A DNA stretch of 64,000 nt from Paraphysomonas bandaiensis (Eukaryota > Protista > Chrysophyceae): the NCBI GenBank assembly GCA_965644295.1, contig CBFFRP010000185.1, positions 1 through 64,000 of the forward strand, in the 5' to 3' direction. A program made the position numbers and the translations under genes. Below the pieces are notes generated by a model. It was not told the origin of the DNA and searched no databases. It was given only the letters and a program-made list of their open reading frames with translations. Of this stretch, positions 61,651 to 64,000 are shown piece by piece. Each line of letters starts with the position of its first letter. Position 1 is the stretch's first letter.

Positions 61651-64000
61651 ATGAACAAAACTAATAAATCATCAACTACGCATCTGAAGACTGCGGTGCG
61701 TCCATCTGGCTCATCAGCCAGCAAGGCAAGTCCTAGAAAAAGGCTTGCTACGAAGAGCTTAAAATCGAAAGGAACTAGTAAATCTCCGGGACAGAAGGGC
61801 TTGAGGTGGTGTCCCTCTGCTCGTATATATATTTACTAACAGTATATATGTGGATCGATATAATAGGAAGAAATGTAGCCCTCTACTATCCAGTAACACT
61901 TCATTGGATTTGATGCATCAGAATCATCCATCTGTTGTAATTTTGGAAGGTACTCTGAATAAAGACAACAGGTAAAATTCTAGTGGTATTCCTTATTCAT
62001 GTAAAGCTCTTTATAGAGCGCTGGCATATGTAATTCAGGAATCACCGGGGAATTGTTTTTCCATCAACTTACTTGTTTTGAGTACTAAACAAAAGTGGTC
62101 TATATACATTCCTGTTGTTGAGGTATGCGATAATTACACATATCTTCGACGAAATAATATTTATCGAGCAGGATCTTGAGGAACTACTTCGACTGTGGAC
62201 TCTCTGCCCGCGTTATAGAAACAAGCGGTTAATTGGTAGTTGGCTTCTGAGTTGTTCGAATGTGGAATTTAGCAGTGATGTCATTGTGCGGACTGAGTTC
62301 GACCACTATAGTTTCAGGGAGAAATGTATTACTGCGACGCTGGATTTGATCAACTGCATGGTGGTGAAAGTGCAGTCTGTGATTCGTATGTTTCTCGGCC
62401 GAAGACGGGCGATGAAACGGTACAAATACCTTAAAAAAAAGCGCCGTCCCAAAAGAACTACTACGCTGCCCTTTTCACATGCAAACAGCCTTGTCCACGA
62501 CAGCATTAGTGTGTTAACAGATATGTCAGCGACGGATTCTCTGGTTATTGGAAGCTCCCTGGATGCTCCTTCAATAGATACTGTGGAGTCACATCAGTCT
62601 GAGTCTTCTAGCGGTACAAGGTCAAAACGTATCCCACTCACCGGGGCATCGAAGCGTATCATCAAACGCATCAGCGAGACCGCAAACGCATACTCTTTTC
62701 ATCAGCGGCCATCCGCACAACCAAATCATCTATCTCGTAGTGGACTTCAAAGTAAGGGACTAAGTAGGGAGCACTCAACTAGTAGCCAGATATCCGAAAC
62801 CCGCTCCCTTGTGGCATCTCAGCTTGAAGTCCTGCGTGATGAGATTGGTAGTGCATTGGTATCGTTTAAGAGTGAGCTAGCGTCAGTTAAGAGTGCTGTA
62901 CATGCGAATCGTTCTCCTCCTGCTAGAGAGAGTAATAGTATGGAGAATACAGAACTTGCATATCTGTACGAATCCGAGATGCAGGGGGTTAAGGACATGA
63001 TGTCCGATGTTCTGAGAGAACTCAAAACGCTGCGAGAAAATAAACCTGTGACTGCAGCAAATACTCTAGCTTCCCTACGTACACCACCAGCTGTAAATAT
63101 TGGAGACGATGATATGGACATGAAGAAAATATTATGTAATATGAGTGAAATGAAAAAGCAACTTGATATGCAAGCTGAATTAAGTCAAAATATTTCTTCG
63201 AAACTTGCTGGGTACGATGAAAAGATCTTACAACTGAAAAGTACTCGAGAAAATAATCAACCCCCTTCAGCAAAACCAAGCAGTCGTCAATCAACCCCAC
63301 TTAAACGGGCTAACAGCGAATTGGAATCTGTAAAGACGGAGCTGATATATTATAAAGATAAAGTTCGAGAATTAGAATCAGCGAAGCGGACGTTGACTAA
63401 AGATTTTGAGAGGATGTCCACCACAAAGACGTCAAAGGAAAAGGAGATTCACAGAGAACTTGCAAGTACCAAAGCGATTGTTCAGCAGCTCACTGATGAA
63501 ATAGAGAAACTGAAAGCCAAGCACACTTCAGAAATAGTGCTGGCAACAAAGGACGCACAGGACAAAATAGAATCTTTGACCGAACAATGCAGCAAATTGG
63601 AGTTACGAAACAATGAGTTAGAATACTCCCTGCAATCGCATTTGGATTCTAAAGAATCTTTGGAGAGTGACTTGAAGAAGGCTAAAGATGAACTAGGGGT
63701 GATTAGGCGTCATGATGATAATACGATGTCAAAGCTGTCTTATGAAAGTGAGATCGAACGTCTGAAAAAGATTCTTGAGGAGGTGTCTTCAGATAGAGAC
63801 AGTTACAAAGAAAAGTTTGGGGAATCCTCGGCAGCAAGAATTGCAGATGATAAAGCTATGCAAGAGCTTAAAGCTATGGTAGTATCCCTTCAAATTCAGG
63901 TACTAAATCTTTATTTTTCCCTTCTTTTTTATGTCAATGTGATCAAGGTGAAAGATCAGCGCTCTGAAAATGCCGAACTCAAAGGCGTTGTAGAGAAAAT
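61651..64000 (+). CDS. IQ-motif/coiled-coil protein, paralogous at its N-terminus to the neighbouring ARM gene (runs off the right edge)
   Basis: The main exon from 62172 (DLEELLRLWTLCPRYRNKR...VKVQSVIRMFLGRRR...) is open to the window end, so it is absent from the track. Small exons at about 61651-61805, 61922-61971 and 62018-62122; probable in-frame intron 63900-63947. Confidence 0.8.

Overview
Eukaryotic genomic DNA with short (about 45-75 bp) GT-AG introns. The beta-tubulin sequence and gene content suggest an ochrophyte stramenopile, possibly a chrysophyte (inference). Host genes sit largely in head-to-head pairs separated by transposon debris. They include an ANK/PH RasGEF, a DUF4062-NACHT-WD40 protein, a DUF5672 protein, a bestrophin-like protein, two ribonucleotide reductase small subunits, a USP, beta-tubulin, poly(A) polymerase, an Arc1p-like tRNA-binding protein, a ZnT9/MTP-like transporter, and an ARM-repeat plus an IQ/coiled-coil protein. 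The most notable observations are: (1) an intact 3,384-bp IS630/Tc1/mariner-type transposon (TA-flanked, 189-bp TIRs) whose TIRs each contain the start codon of a gene, a DD33E transposase and an unknown 513-aa Cys/His-rich protein, arranged convergently; (2) the AT-rich end of a probable endogenous virophage/Polinton-like virus at 1-1060, with a fibre-like ORF missing from the ORF track; (3) a 1,027-bp-arm palindrome of RNR small-subunit genes with signs of ongoing gene conversion; (4) an intact Crypton-type tyrosine recombinase ORF with altered catalytic residues; (5) a second head-to-head paralog pair sharing an unrecognised N-terminal domain and intron positions. All domain calls are by-eye motif recognition; no searches were run.
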